Assembly (NCBI RefSeq): GCF_009914755.1
Contig: NC_060932.1
Length of the DNA: 64,000 bases
Strand: one strand, 5' to 3'
Origin: the human T2T-CHM13v2.0 reference genome, Homo sapiens
Below the pieces are notes generated by a model. It saw only the letters and a program-made list of their open reading frames with translations. It did not search any database and had not been told where the DNA came from. Shown piece after piece: positions 25,326 through 37,600 of this stretch (positions within the stretch are counted from its first letter, which is position 1; every line of letters begins with the position of its first letter). A program made the position numbers and the translations under genes.

Positions 25326-25965
25326 TGGTTTTATTTTACTGATTGCTACTATTTCCATAAATCTTTACTCCATACCTATGAGATAGATGGGAATGAGATT
25401 ATTAGTCCCATTTAGGACAAAGAACAAGAAATAAAATAAGTTTCCAGTCATATAGCTAGAAAGTGGTGAAGCTGGGTTTTCAGCCAAACTCCTTCATATT
25501 CCTATATGTGTCATGTTCATTCCATTAGGCCTGGTCCTATAACAGACTTGGGATCTAAACGATACTACTGAATAGGAGTTCAGGTTATGTTGAGTGTTAA
25601 GGCGTTGGGTGACAAAGGTGTAAAGAGTCTTAGCTCTTAACTTTCGGAGAAAATTTTAGTTTCTCAGGATTCTCTATCATCCAGCCCAGTGTTTTGTTTA
25701 ATGCCTCAATCCCTTAAGCCATAACCTGACTTCTGATTCCACAGGAGTTTCTTACATCAACCTTTTTTCTAACTGAGCAATTGCTCTCTTGTTGATGCCT
25801 TTTGAGGAATATCTTTTATATAGAGTTGTTTGGTATGACCTGACCTGGGAAACAAAACTCCCTTCCCAACCAAAAGAGGAAATAAGGAAACAATAACACG
25901 TCTTTGATTGCAGTTTACATGACAGGGGTTATGATAATGATGGTTAATATAAACACCGTGTGTTA

Positions 25966-26015
25966 GAGAGGAAGGAAGGGAGGGAGGGAGGGAGGGAAGG
26001 AGGGAGGGAGGGAGG
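25966..26015. repeat. (GGGA/GGAA)n purine microsatellite
   Basis: Directly visible. Confidence 0.9.
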
Positions 26016-26952
26016 ACAACATACAAAGGCCTAGAGTGGGAAATAAACAAACAGTTTAAAAATCCTTTCTTAATGCCTGTTATTTATTTTCCATCATTTA
26101 ATGAAATGTCATGGCATTAAATCTTATAAACAGGCTGTTTATAAGATTTCATATGCTCCAACCTGCTTAAGAGAGGTCTGCTTATGCCTCTTATCCTAGT
26201 ATAATTATTAAGAATGACCCTTTTCACTCTCACAAAGGTCCTCTATTGGTCTAAAAGTTCTATGTTAACTCCATATATCCTTGACCAATTGTGTACTATG
26301 TTTGGTAGTATACAATTGATCAAGAAGATATGAAATAATTAAAACAACAGATTTCAGCCTTCCTGAGTCCTTCATACTAGTGCAGCACTTCTTAAATAGC
26401 ATCCCTTTTAATTAAGACACAAGTAAGGGCAATATAATGCTTGTTATCTGGATTGTTTTTGGCTGTGCGCCTGGACACCAACTGCTGTTGCTGCTGCAAA
26501 CCTTCATGTCCACAGCAGAAAGGAACCTGCCAACTCACCTAAATGTGGCAAGCCTGGAGGTCTGCAATGTACAACCAAGAGTCCCAGGACATTGATATTT
26601 TTCCTCCTACCAAAGGCTGTGTTTGTGGAACGAGGTTGGAGGAAGGATGTAGTAGGACTAGCTCTCTAAAGTCAAACTCAGAAAATGTCTCAGTCACTCT
26701 GCTTAAGTCTGTGATTTAGAACTCCAACTGCCTTCCTCCAGATGCTATTTTGGAGAGTTCAGCCTGATCATCAAAGGTTGCTTCAAAATTTAAATATGAT
26801 TGCCTCCTTTAGTTTCACAAGCTAGTCTTCAAATGGTTGACCTGAGGTGAATCTTGTTTTGCCTTCTTTCTACAGAAGATGGTAGAGAAAAACCACAATG
26901 GAAGCCATGGGCTTTATTTAGGTTTTATCCACTATGAAATGTAACTGCTGAG

Positions 26953-27279
<327 letters not shown>

Positions 27280-28508
27280 CTATCTTTTCTGCTTCCAGCC
27301 CTTAGTAATATTCATTCATGTTCATATTCTCTTCTGTGGTTGAGCAAATATTTTCTGATTTCAAAGAGGATTGAAGGGAACTGAGATAAAGACACTTGCA
27401 CTGCTCCCCACACCCAGCTGCTTAATCTTGGATATGCTATTCCTTTAGCATTTAGATAAGTTTCCCTTATTTAGTCCCACAGTCAAAGCCTAGCTCTCCA
27501 GGTTTTTCAAGTAAAGTTATCCCACAGGCTTCTTTGAGTCCTCCTGAGTGCAAGCTATCCCTTCCATTACATCCATCAAGCAGCCTGCAGGGGCAACATC
27601 TCCAGTAAATGTGTCCAACACCTCTCCTGCTTAAACCCTGCAGTGGCTCTCCACTGTTTGTGGTGTGAAGCAGGGACTTAGTCTGGCACCCCAGGCCTTT
27701 GAGCCACTAAGACTATTGCCATTTCTGTGCTGATATCTACCTCCTCTTGACATGGGCTTCATGCTCTGGCCCACTCATTTTTCAGTGTTCCTTTCCCTAA
27801 ATACACACTGGGGCTTATTCCTCCACTTTTCTGAAGATGTCAGTCAATGGGAAGTATAGACTAAGAGCAGACGTGATGGCAGGGGAAAAGGGCAAAACAT
27901 CCAGGTTAGGCAGGAGAAGTTACATGAGTAAATTCAGGAAAATCATGTATATAAAGAAGACCTTGGGGGTGAAAGTTAGAGAAGGAAGGAGGGCTGTCAT
28001 CCCTCTTGTGAATTCTTGTCAAGGTCACTGGTCAGTAATGAATCCATGTTGACTCCCTCCACCTGTGCTTTTGTGTCGTTGCTACACAGAGGCTTGGAGA
28101 AATCATCCACCCTCTCCTGGAGCCATGTGATAGGAGCTCAGAGCATTGTGACTGTCTGAGTCTAGAATTGCTCTGCCTCAACAGTGTTGGGACAGTCTAA
28201 AAGTGGGACATAAACCAGGAGTCAAAGCTTTCTACTTCCCCTGGCTGAGAAAACCTCTTGCTCCCCACTAAGGGACAGATCCTTCTCATTCTCTTAGACT
28301 GCATTTCTTCCTTTCTCTGAGAAGGCTTCTTTGATTCATCTTTCAGCAAAAACTGCACATTTCCTTTGAAATGTCTTTTGCACATTTAATACAACAGTAT
28401 TCACACTCAATTGCAAAATAGCTTTACATTTCTCCTTTTCTGCTGGAGCATTCAGGCAGTAGAGGATCAACTCACTGCCTTTTTTCAGTGCCTAACATAA
28501 TGTCTGGC

Positions 28509-28829
28509 TGATACGGTTTGGCTGTGTCCCCACTCAAATCTCATCTTGAATTGTAACTCCCATAATTCCCACGTGTTGTGGGAGGGACCCGGTAAAAGTT
28601 AACTAAATCATGGGGGCAGTTCCCAGTTCTTGCGGTAGTGAATAAGTATCATGAGATCTGACGGTTTTTATAAGGGGTTTTGCCTTTCACTTGGCTCTCA
28701 TTCTCTCTTGTCTATCCTCATGTAAGACATGCCTTTCACCTTACTGTGAGTCCATTAAACCTCTTTTTCTTTATAAATTACCCAGCCTTGGGTATGTCTC
28801 TATCAGCAGCATAAAAACAGACTAATTCA
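28509..28829 (+). mobile_element. THE1 (C/D-like) solo LTR with a small internal deletion
   Basis: tgatacggtttggctgtgtccccac...cagactaattCA; perfect 5-bp TSD ctggc. Confidence 0.93.
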
Positions 28830-28869
28830 CTGGCAAACTTGGTGCCAATTTAGTGCTAACTATATGAGT

Positions 28870-28896
28870 ACACACACACACGCACACACACACACA
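28870..28896. repeat. (CA)n microsatellite
   Basis: Directly visible. Confidence 0.9.
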
Positions 28897-29799
28897 GAAT
28901 TTAAACCGAGGTCTTAAGTTATCTAAAGCATAAACCTTTATTCTGTATTGTATTTCATTATTTTCACTGCTATTTTAGGTATATATATTCAAGTGGAGGA
29001 AATAGAACACACATGCGAGAGAATCACTTTCTGAGAGAGCTGAAGACCATTTGATGGACCACTATAAATTTCATCAAAGGAAACAGAGCAGAGAATTGAC
29101 CAATAACAAACAGCTGGAAATGAAAGAACTGTGGGCAAGGTAATGACGAAGTAATTACCCTGGGTTTAACTCAAGGTCTAAACTTTTCTAGTTTATCTTA
29201 ATGAAACACTATGCTCTGCCTACGTAAATCATATATTTCTATTATATGATTAGTAATAAAATGACTATTTATATAGCTGAAAAAAATGTCTGGCAGCAAG
29301 TACGTGCTGATGGGGATAGTTTGGGGTCCAGACAGATTATCTGCATTAACAGAGGAAGAGAATCTGCAGCATTTTAATGAAAATTTGAAATGAAACTAAA
29401 TTAGGTATTAAAATGAAGTATAATTTCTCAAGCTAAGAATAGGAAAATAATATATTGAGTGGAGCTCTTTATAGCTTAGAGACATAAGAATAAAAGTTTA
29501 ACACAATTAAGTTATTCTTGATGTTACTCTTGAGCTAGAGATATCATCTCTTTCTTATCCTAATTGAGTTTCTCTATCTCACTTCCATTAATAACGGTTA
29601 GACTGAGATACTGGTCAAGTGGAAAAATGACCATAAATGTTCTCTTATTCTGTAGAGGATTAGGCACTTCCAATATGTACAGAACGATGATAATATGACC
29701 CTTGTTGACCTAGTCTTAAAGAAGAAGATGAATAGAAGGAAAAAATTTAAAAAATAATATGTTCTAACTCTTTAAGTTTTAGATACAAAGCCAGCCTAT

Positions 29800-30245
29800 T
29801 GAGAAACCTTTTATTAAGCATTATTATGTGTGAGATATTTTGCAAGTGCTGTGAACAAAAATCAGTGAAAAACGAATAAGCAAAATACAATAAAATGTTG
29901 TCTCTACCCACCCACCTAAAAACAGCAAAGTAGGAAGAAAGACACATAAAACAGGGAAGAAATGATACAAGTGCTATATGTTGTACAAGTCTAATCAAAA
30001 TGTGTAAGATGTTCTGGAGAATCCCAAATTTAGAAGTATCCAGCTTTTCCAAGGTGTAAAGTGAAAGAAGGGTGGCGTTGGAACAGATACCTTAAAGGAT
30101 AACCAAGTATTTGAAGGGACAGTATATACCACCCAGAGTATCTTCTGACAATTCTAAGAAAATATGCGTAGTGGGTAACAAAGCAACATATGTCTTGGGT
30201 ATGTTCGAGGAATCTAAATGTCATGGTGAGTCTAGAGTCATGATG
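29800..30245 (-). mobile_element. L2 fragment
   Basis: tttattaagcattattatgtgtgagata... followed by purine-rich L2 body. Confidence 0.5.
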
Positions 30246-30254
30246 AGAGTGGGT

Positions 30255-30677
30255 GTGGAAGGGGCAGTGCAGTGACTCATCACATCCTGTGTCACTTCTC
30301 TATTTTGGGTATGTGGACAACCACTTCCCAGTCTCCTTGCAATCCGATAGAACCACATGACTATTTCTAACCCATAAAATCTGAGCAGGAGTAATGTGTG
30401 CTCTACCTGAACTGTGACTTTGAAAAGCCCCTTTTCCATATGTGTCTCCAGTACATTTCTTCCCTTAAGGCAGTGAGCATGGGAGCCTTCAAAATGAGGG
30501 TATCAAAAGGTTAAGGCAGGTTGGTTTTGAGTCACCACTTGAAGGACTGTTGCAAAGAGAGTCATCTACAACAGAATTCATGTAAACTGTGTTGTTAGGT
30601 GGTGCTTTGTGTTAAGCCATTGAGACTGAGGAATTGTTTGTCACTAAAGCATAAAGTTGTCCTATCCTGACTAATAG
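30255..30677 (+). mobile_element. MLT1 (I/J-like) MaLR LTR
   Basis: cacttcccagtctccttgca...ccacatgact...tgtgttaagccattgagact...ctatcctgactaata. Confidence 0.8.
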
Positions 30678-31119
30678 CAAGGGTGGTGGTGAGAGTTGGA
30701 CCCAAAAAGAAAGGCAAATGATATATCATGTAACAATTCAATAAACTCTCCTTTGACTTCTTAATGAGAACTAATTATTTTATCTGATGCTTCCCAAGCA
30801 TCTCATTGGTTTTCTATTCAGCACTTATTTCCTTCTGCAGGCCCTATTGTTCCTTGTTGGTCTATTTTTCTCATTATGTTATACAATAACATCATTCAAG
30901 TTATGTCTAGTGTAATAAAAATTCCCTGAATAACAAATACACTAAAATTTGAATACCATTCCCTAAGAATATATAAATATGGAGCATGACAAGAACTTTT
31001 CTGGATTGCAAAAAAGGAAGGTGGAACAAAGTAGCACCAACCCTACGGTCTCTGCAATTGGAAGATTCAACAAGGATTTCTACTTTTAAGTGAAAATTTA
31101 ACTTCTCAAGACAGGTGTC

Positions 31120-31605
31120 TTTTTTTTTTTTCATAGCTGTATTCAGGTATAATAGGTATAACAAAAACTGCATATAACTAATGTACACAATTTGGTGAGT
31201 GTGGGCGTAGGTACACATTCAATATAACCAAAATCCAGGTAACAAACATATTTATCACTTCCAAAAGTTTCCATGTGTAGCTTTGTAAAGTTTTTCTTTT
31301 TTTTTGTCTTTTTTGTTTATTTAATTTTTATTTTTGTAAAAGTTAACATGAAATCCACCCTCTTAACAATTTTTTTAAGCATCCTATACTTTCTTGTTAA
31401 CTATAGGCTCTATGTTGTTCAGCAGATGTCTGGAACTTACTTACCTTGTGTAACTGCAACTTTATACCTACTAAACAACAACCCTCCATATTCCCTTCCC
31501 CCATCCCATGGTAAACAACATTCTATTGTGTATTCCTACAACTTTGACTATAGTAGATGTCTTACATAAGAGTAATCCAATGATTTTTGTCATTCATTGA
31601 CTAGC
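31120..31605 (-). mobile_element. L1MA/MB 3' end
   Basis: Poly-T, then aaactgcatataactaatgtacacaattt...ttgttaactataggc...tgtaactgcaactttatacc. Confidence 0.85.
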
Positions 31606-32974
31606 ATTTTGGTGTCTTTCAGTGTGTTTGTATTTCTTCTTTTAGCAGTTATCATAGTCTCTGTACTAGGATCAGGGTCTATAGAGGAGTTGAAGGTACA
31701 ATGGCCCTACTCTACAGAAGTTTGAATTCCCAGACTCCAAAGTACGGTTTCTAAAGCACAGATGCAGTCTCTGTTACTTCCACAAGTAGTATTTTAGCCT
31801 AATGTGGATCAGATTGAAACACAGAAGCAGCCATGTCCTGCAATGTATCAGATGACCCCATCAAAGTTCCACAGATGGTCTTTAGGAGGCCAGCCATACA
31901 ATTATTTGCTAAATTAGATGTTCGTGTGTATAGGCATGTATATTTGGAAAAGATATTCAAAGCTTTAATTGGGTATTCCAAAGAATGGTCCACTTTGCCA
32001 TATTTTTAAAGAACTGCTGATGCAGCGGGAGGCAGACATATATATAAACTTCTTTCAATTTAATGTAGTAAGTGTAACAATAAATATAAAGGCATTTCTG
32101 TAGTTTTATAGTGGAGTGAGTGAGGGCTTGAATTACTGTGTAATCAAAGTTTATTTTGGGGGGTCTGACTATGTTTTATATGTGACGGTTCCCTTATTTT
32201 ATTAATGTACAAAAATTTGAATGATAGTTAATTATATCTTTTGACAGTTGGGCAGATTTGCAAATAATTAATTTTTAATTTATTTAGGAAGCCTAGTGAT
32301 TATTAGACTTCTTATCAATTGACAAGCCAAAGTTCTTACAGGGAGAGCTCTGCTCTGTAAGCAGTGAACTCCCATTGCCCAAAACATTCACAAAACATTG
32401 TCAAGCTTCAACTAAAGATGTGATTGTTTTGACTTTTTGATAGTGATAGATCACCATACCAAATCAGACTTATTCTCTGCTTTGTGTATCAGGTTTTTCT
32501 GAATGCAAATAGAACATAAAAGAATTGATCAGTTAATTATCAACATTTTGTATGTCAGAACAGGGGAGGAAAAGCCATGTATGGCTTCCCACACCTCAAT
32601 TGATAGCATGTTCATTCCAGTCATTTTCTCTCTCTCTTTCTTGGGTGCCTCATGTTCAGTTTATCAGGAAATTATCTTGTTTTTACCTTCAAAATATAGC
32701 CAGAATCTGACCAATACTCAATATAATCAAACAAAAACCTACAAGTTTTCCTTGATCTTCTATTCCTTTCCCCACCTCCACCCCACCCATCAAAACCTGT
32801 GTTCTGAATCTGCTACTTTTAAGGATATGCCAGAGTTACCAACTCCATCCATGTGTCCTTTTTTCCACTTCTATCATCCTGATCCTGGCCACCATGACCT
32901 GTCACGTCCATATTTAAAACTGACTATTGTCCATTGCATATAGACATGAATAGAAACACATCATGTGAAATGTC

Positions 32975-33337
32975 TGATATAGTTTGCCTGTGTCCTCACC
33001 CAAATCTCATCTAGAACTGTAGCGTCCATAATTCCCATGTGTTGTGGGAGGGACCTGGTGAAAGATAATTATATCAGGGAGGCAGTTTCTCCCCATACTC
33101 TTCTCATGGTAGTGAATAAGTCTCATGAAATCCAATGGTTTTATAAGGGGAAACTCCTTTCACCTGGCTCTCTCATTTTCTCTTGTTTGCTGCCATGTAA
33201 GATGTGCCTTTCACCTTCTGCCATGATTGTGAGGTCGCTCCAGCCACGTGGAACTGAGTCCATTAAACCTCTTTTTCTTTATAAATTGCCCAGACTCAGG
33301 AATGTCTTTACCTGCAGCATGAAAATTGATTAATACA
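32975..33337 (+). mobile_element. THE1 (C/D-like) solo LTR inside an L2
   Basis: tgatatagtttgcctgtgtcctcacccaaatctcatc...gattaataCA; near-TSD atgtc/atgta. Confidence 0.93.
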
Positions 33338-33944
33338 ATGTATATCTACTTCAATGACATTCCAAATGACTTATAATAAAATCCAAAGTACTGCCATAAA
33401 CTTCAGGGCTTGCCTTGATCTGTACCATTATGTCTCCTCTTCAGGTGCATGTCATGGCAGACCCTGTTGTGCTCAATGGATTTCAGTCATGGTGGTGTTT
33501 CCTGTGTTTTTGAATCATTGAACATGTTCTAACCTTAGGGCTCTTGTACTTGGGATTCATTCCCCCTGGAAGGCTCTTCCTATATATTATACCATAGCTC
33601 ACAACTTTTCAGTTCTCAGTGGACTGCACTATTGAAAATACTTCTTCACAGACTGTCCAGCCTAAATTATTTCTGCTTTCACCTGATCACCCGCTCTCAT
33701 ATTAGTCTGCTGTTTTATAAACATTATTGCTCTGAAAAACTTGTTTATTTATTTCCTACTGTATTCATTGTCAAATGAAATTTAGGTCCCATGAGAACAA
33801 GGACTTTGTCAGCTTTGTGCTGCTGAATTACTAGACAGTAAATGCCATACATGTAGCACAAAAATTGTTGCATGAAAAAATGAGTTACGTTGAAGGGTAA
33901 AGTATGGGGGTAAGAAAGGAATTAAAAATACTTAAGGGGATCTT

Positions 33945-34835
33945 TTGGGTTTTAGTTCTGACAGATAAAGATCTTGGAAGTCATTCCACCTGTTCTCATA
34001 ACAAGAAAAACAAAATGAACAAAGTGAAAATGAATGAATTTTCTTAGATTCATCAGAAAATTGAGATCACTGGGCAAACAACCACCCTAAATCTAATGAG
34101 GCAGATGGATACACAGAATAACAGCTAAGATCAACTTACCTATAACAGTAGCTTCTCGTCCTAGTAACTGCTAAGTATATGTAAAGGCAATTTTTACAAA
34201 TGTCTACACCTAAGTGTGGACTAGTTGGAGAATTAAAAACTGCTGGGGAACCAATCTTAGGGAGGCTTAACTACATATCCCAGATTTTACCTTCAGAAGC
34301 CCTACCAGATTTTCATGACGATGATGATCAGAAAAACAGCCTCTTTCTTTTTGGGGCAGAAAAAGGAATAAACAAAAAATACAAAAAAAAAAACTGAAGC
34401 CTCAGGCATCTATAGCTACAGCAAACATTAAACACAGCCCAACTTCTAGCCAGATTAACATAAAAACTTATACTAAAAATCTAATTACCTCAGGTCCTGA
34501 GGGAAGGATCGATATAGGTGGTGCAGAGAATTTTTAGGGCAGGGAAAGGACTCTGTATGACACTTTTAGGGATATGTGCCATTACACATTTGTCAAAACC
34601 CATTGAACTGTGTAACACAAAGAGTGAAACTTAAACTGTAGACTTTAGTTAATAATAATGCATCACTATTGGTTCATTAATTTTAACAAATGTAGCACAC
34701 TTATGCAAGTTATTAATAAAAGGGAAAACTGGTTGTGGGGGGTTGTATATGGGAACTCTCTGTACAATTTTCTTAGATTTTCTGTAAAACTACAACTGTC
34801 CTAAAAAATAATGCTCACTTATTAAAACCAAAAAA
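33945..34835 (+). mobile_element. L1MC-like element: 5' region joined directly to 3' UTR
   Basis: The 5' part resembles the reverse complement of about 16600-16740; the 3' part (cattacacatttgtcaaaacccattgaactg...gtatatgggaactctctgtac) is L1MC 3' UTR. Confidence 0.7.
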
Positions 34836-36644
34836 AGACTCCCCAGGATTTGGGTCTGTAAAACTGAGGAAAAAATGGTGAAATAATTTTGGCACTCACA
34901 GAAAGAGTCATAGAAGGAAGGAGAATGCATACATTTATTTACAGACCCTTTTCTGCACTGGATGCTTCAAGAATCAGAGCACCAGTGATTTCAGATCTAA
35001 CAGTTAAATTGCCAAGATGATGTAATAGTACTATAACTCCTTTTAAGTTATTAATCCTGGAATTTCACATATTTTTGTGAGTATAAATGCACTTGCTCTC
35101 CATTTAGTGCGGATGTTTATAACATATTCTGGAAATCTCAGTGAATGGAGAGTGGTAGACTTTTTTAATGGAACATGACTAGCAAAAGCTGGAAGGTTGT
35201 GTAACTTGAGGGGGACACGATCCAGGAAGCTATAATAAAAACAGCTGGAGATAGTTGTAGAGGAGAGGAGGCCAGGAAGAAATAATCCCACTCAATGAAG
35301 AGGTACAGCACTGTGGTTTGGGGGTGAGGGCAGCAGAAGGGAAGGAGCAGCAGTCGGTTCCCCAGCACGAAGATGTTACATTCTCTATCACAGAGATGTT
35401 GATTTCTATTGTACTAAAATAGGTGCAATTATCTAAGGCCACAGCAGCCTCCTCGCTCAGATATTCAGGAGATTTGGAGCGGGGAGGTCATCTATTGATA
35501 TCATGGCCCCATTGTGCAGCTGTCTGTCTATGCAGACAACTCTGGCTATGAACAGCTACAGGTGCAAGTGCTGGTGGAGATTGTCGGAGGTGATCCCTGA
35601 GGAGCTGTGCATAATTTACTCTGCCTCAGAAGGCACAAGCTAATTTTGAACAAACCCCTGTGCTGTCATCTACTATAACAGACCCAATTTAGATTAATCC
35701 TTGAACTGGGATTCCACGTGCATAAGACAGTCTCCAAAACAAAGAAAGGCAAACCAGAGACATTAATAGTATCCAGATGATTGCTTAGGTTTAATGCGAA
35801 GCTCTTTTTAAAATGTCCAATTTTTAATCTCAACTGTGCAAACAAAGCCTCCATCAAAGGATTAAGAGCCTTAAAGAGGCTTCTCCCAGCAAAAAGAGGG
35901 CCTGTATTTTAAACAAGGGGTGCCCATCCTTCTTGCCTGTTTTGACCAGATGATTTGGCTGCTAATTATACTTTAATTAGAAAGAAAAAAACAATTCAGT
36001 GTGTTTTTCTTCAAAAGGCAGGGAGAAAATAAACCTCAGATAACTGTATTATCATGGTTTTCTAAATAATGGACCAATGGCTGCTTCTTGAATTCACTTA
36101 TGATTACAGAATTACATTTAAATTAAATAGGACTTCAGTTTGCCCAATTTATCCCCAGATGTATCTCACTCAGTTGTTATGTTCCATTTACTGTATTATG
36201 ATAGTTAATATCAGGGGTTTGAGATTATTACATTTCTTAGTTCCAGCTCCAGATTGTGACTTTGGATAAAATATTTCATAGTTCTGAGTCTATACAATGA
36301 AAATTATGATATAATTTATTTCATAAAGTTTGTGGGAAGATTGAATGTAATATGCATGAAAGGCATTTATTGCTAATCCTGTACATATACACTTAGGAAC
36401 TCCTCAGGAAACCTGCTGCGTGGTAAATGTCTTGATAATATGGTAATGTAAAAGAATAACCTTTTCAGAGGTCGTGGACTGGAAACTAGAAAGACCTAGG
36501 TACAGGCCACATCCTGGGGTTCCCATCCATGAGAAAATGGCCTCATTGCTATCCTGTTCTGACATGCTGTCCTCTGTACTTTCCTCTCTGGTTTTTCTCA
36601 TTGGTTGCTTCCTCAAATTCTTGACACTTTGAAACCCAGAAATG

Positions 36645-37600
36645 TAATTATTAAACAAGTATTTATTGAGTGTTTATGACGTATCAGGCCAGGTGTTTGT
36701 CATTGGTGATACAGTACTAGAAATGATAGATATTAGTACCCTCTTGTGAGGCTTACAATATGTTAACAGAAAAAGCAATCATTTCTTGATGTCAATGCAG
36801 CTTGTGTTTTATGGCAAGAACTTTACATGTGTTATTAATTCAACTCATTCTCAGGCAGACATTGCTGTAATCATCTCACTGTTGAAGAGACTAAAATGTA
36901 AGTAACTTACTCAAAGCTACAGCCTGTAGATAACAGAGACTTAGACCTCCATTGCTTTGATGACCTAATAGGTTTGGAGAATACATCAAGTCTTCAGGTT
37001 TTGATATAATGAGTTTTAGATGCCTATTGGACATTTAGTTGAAAGCTTCAAACAAGTAGGTGGGTATATATACCTGAACCTCAGAAAAGAAAGCTGGAAA
37101 TACAGCTATAAGTTATCAGCTCAAAGGAGGAATTTGGAGATATGGGAATGAATGACTTCACCTACAGCTGAACAGCAAATAAGGGACTTATGCAAAATAT
37201 CAAACGTCCTTCTCCATCTCCAGATATTTTTAGTTCATTGGTTTACAGTGGGAATGGGAAATGAATTAACAATTTTTAAAATTTTTCGTGTCATTTGAAT
37301 AGAGGTAGGATTGAATGCTACTGACTTAGAAACACAATGAAAAAAAATGAAAAAAAAAATAAGGCTCAAAACAGTCCAGAGTCTCAACTCCAACATGAAA
37401 ATTAATGTAGAAAGAAAAAGGGCATCAAAGAGACAGATGAGCAGTGGGAGGAGGTAGACAGAATGCCAATGATGAGAGTGGGAATTCGAATAGTAACATT
37501 TAGAAGTACAGAATATGGCACTGAGTGGAAATTTGGGGAAAAGAGAAAAAGGCATTCCAATTGTAATGAACTTCATGAACCATAAAGAAAAGATTGAGAA
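36645..37600 (-). mobile_element. L2 and MIR fragments
   Basis: aacaagtatttattgagtgtttatg...; gagttttagatgcctattggacat... Confidence 0.6.

Noticed and set aside
32503-32943. 146-aa ORF
   Set aside because: Overlaps decayed L2 sequence; no recognisable protein features or exon context
28509-33337. Two same-strand THE1 LTRs 4.1 kb apart as one provirus or composite transposon
   Set aside because: Each has its own TSD (ctggc versus atgtc/atgta), and the sequence between them is L2/MLT1/L1, not THE1 internal
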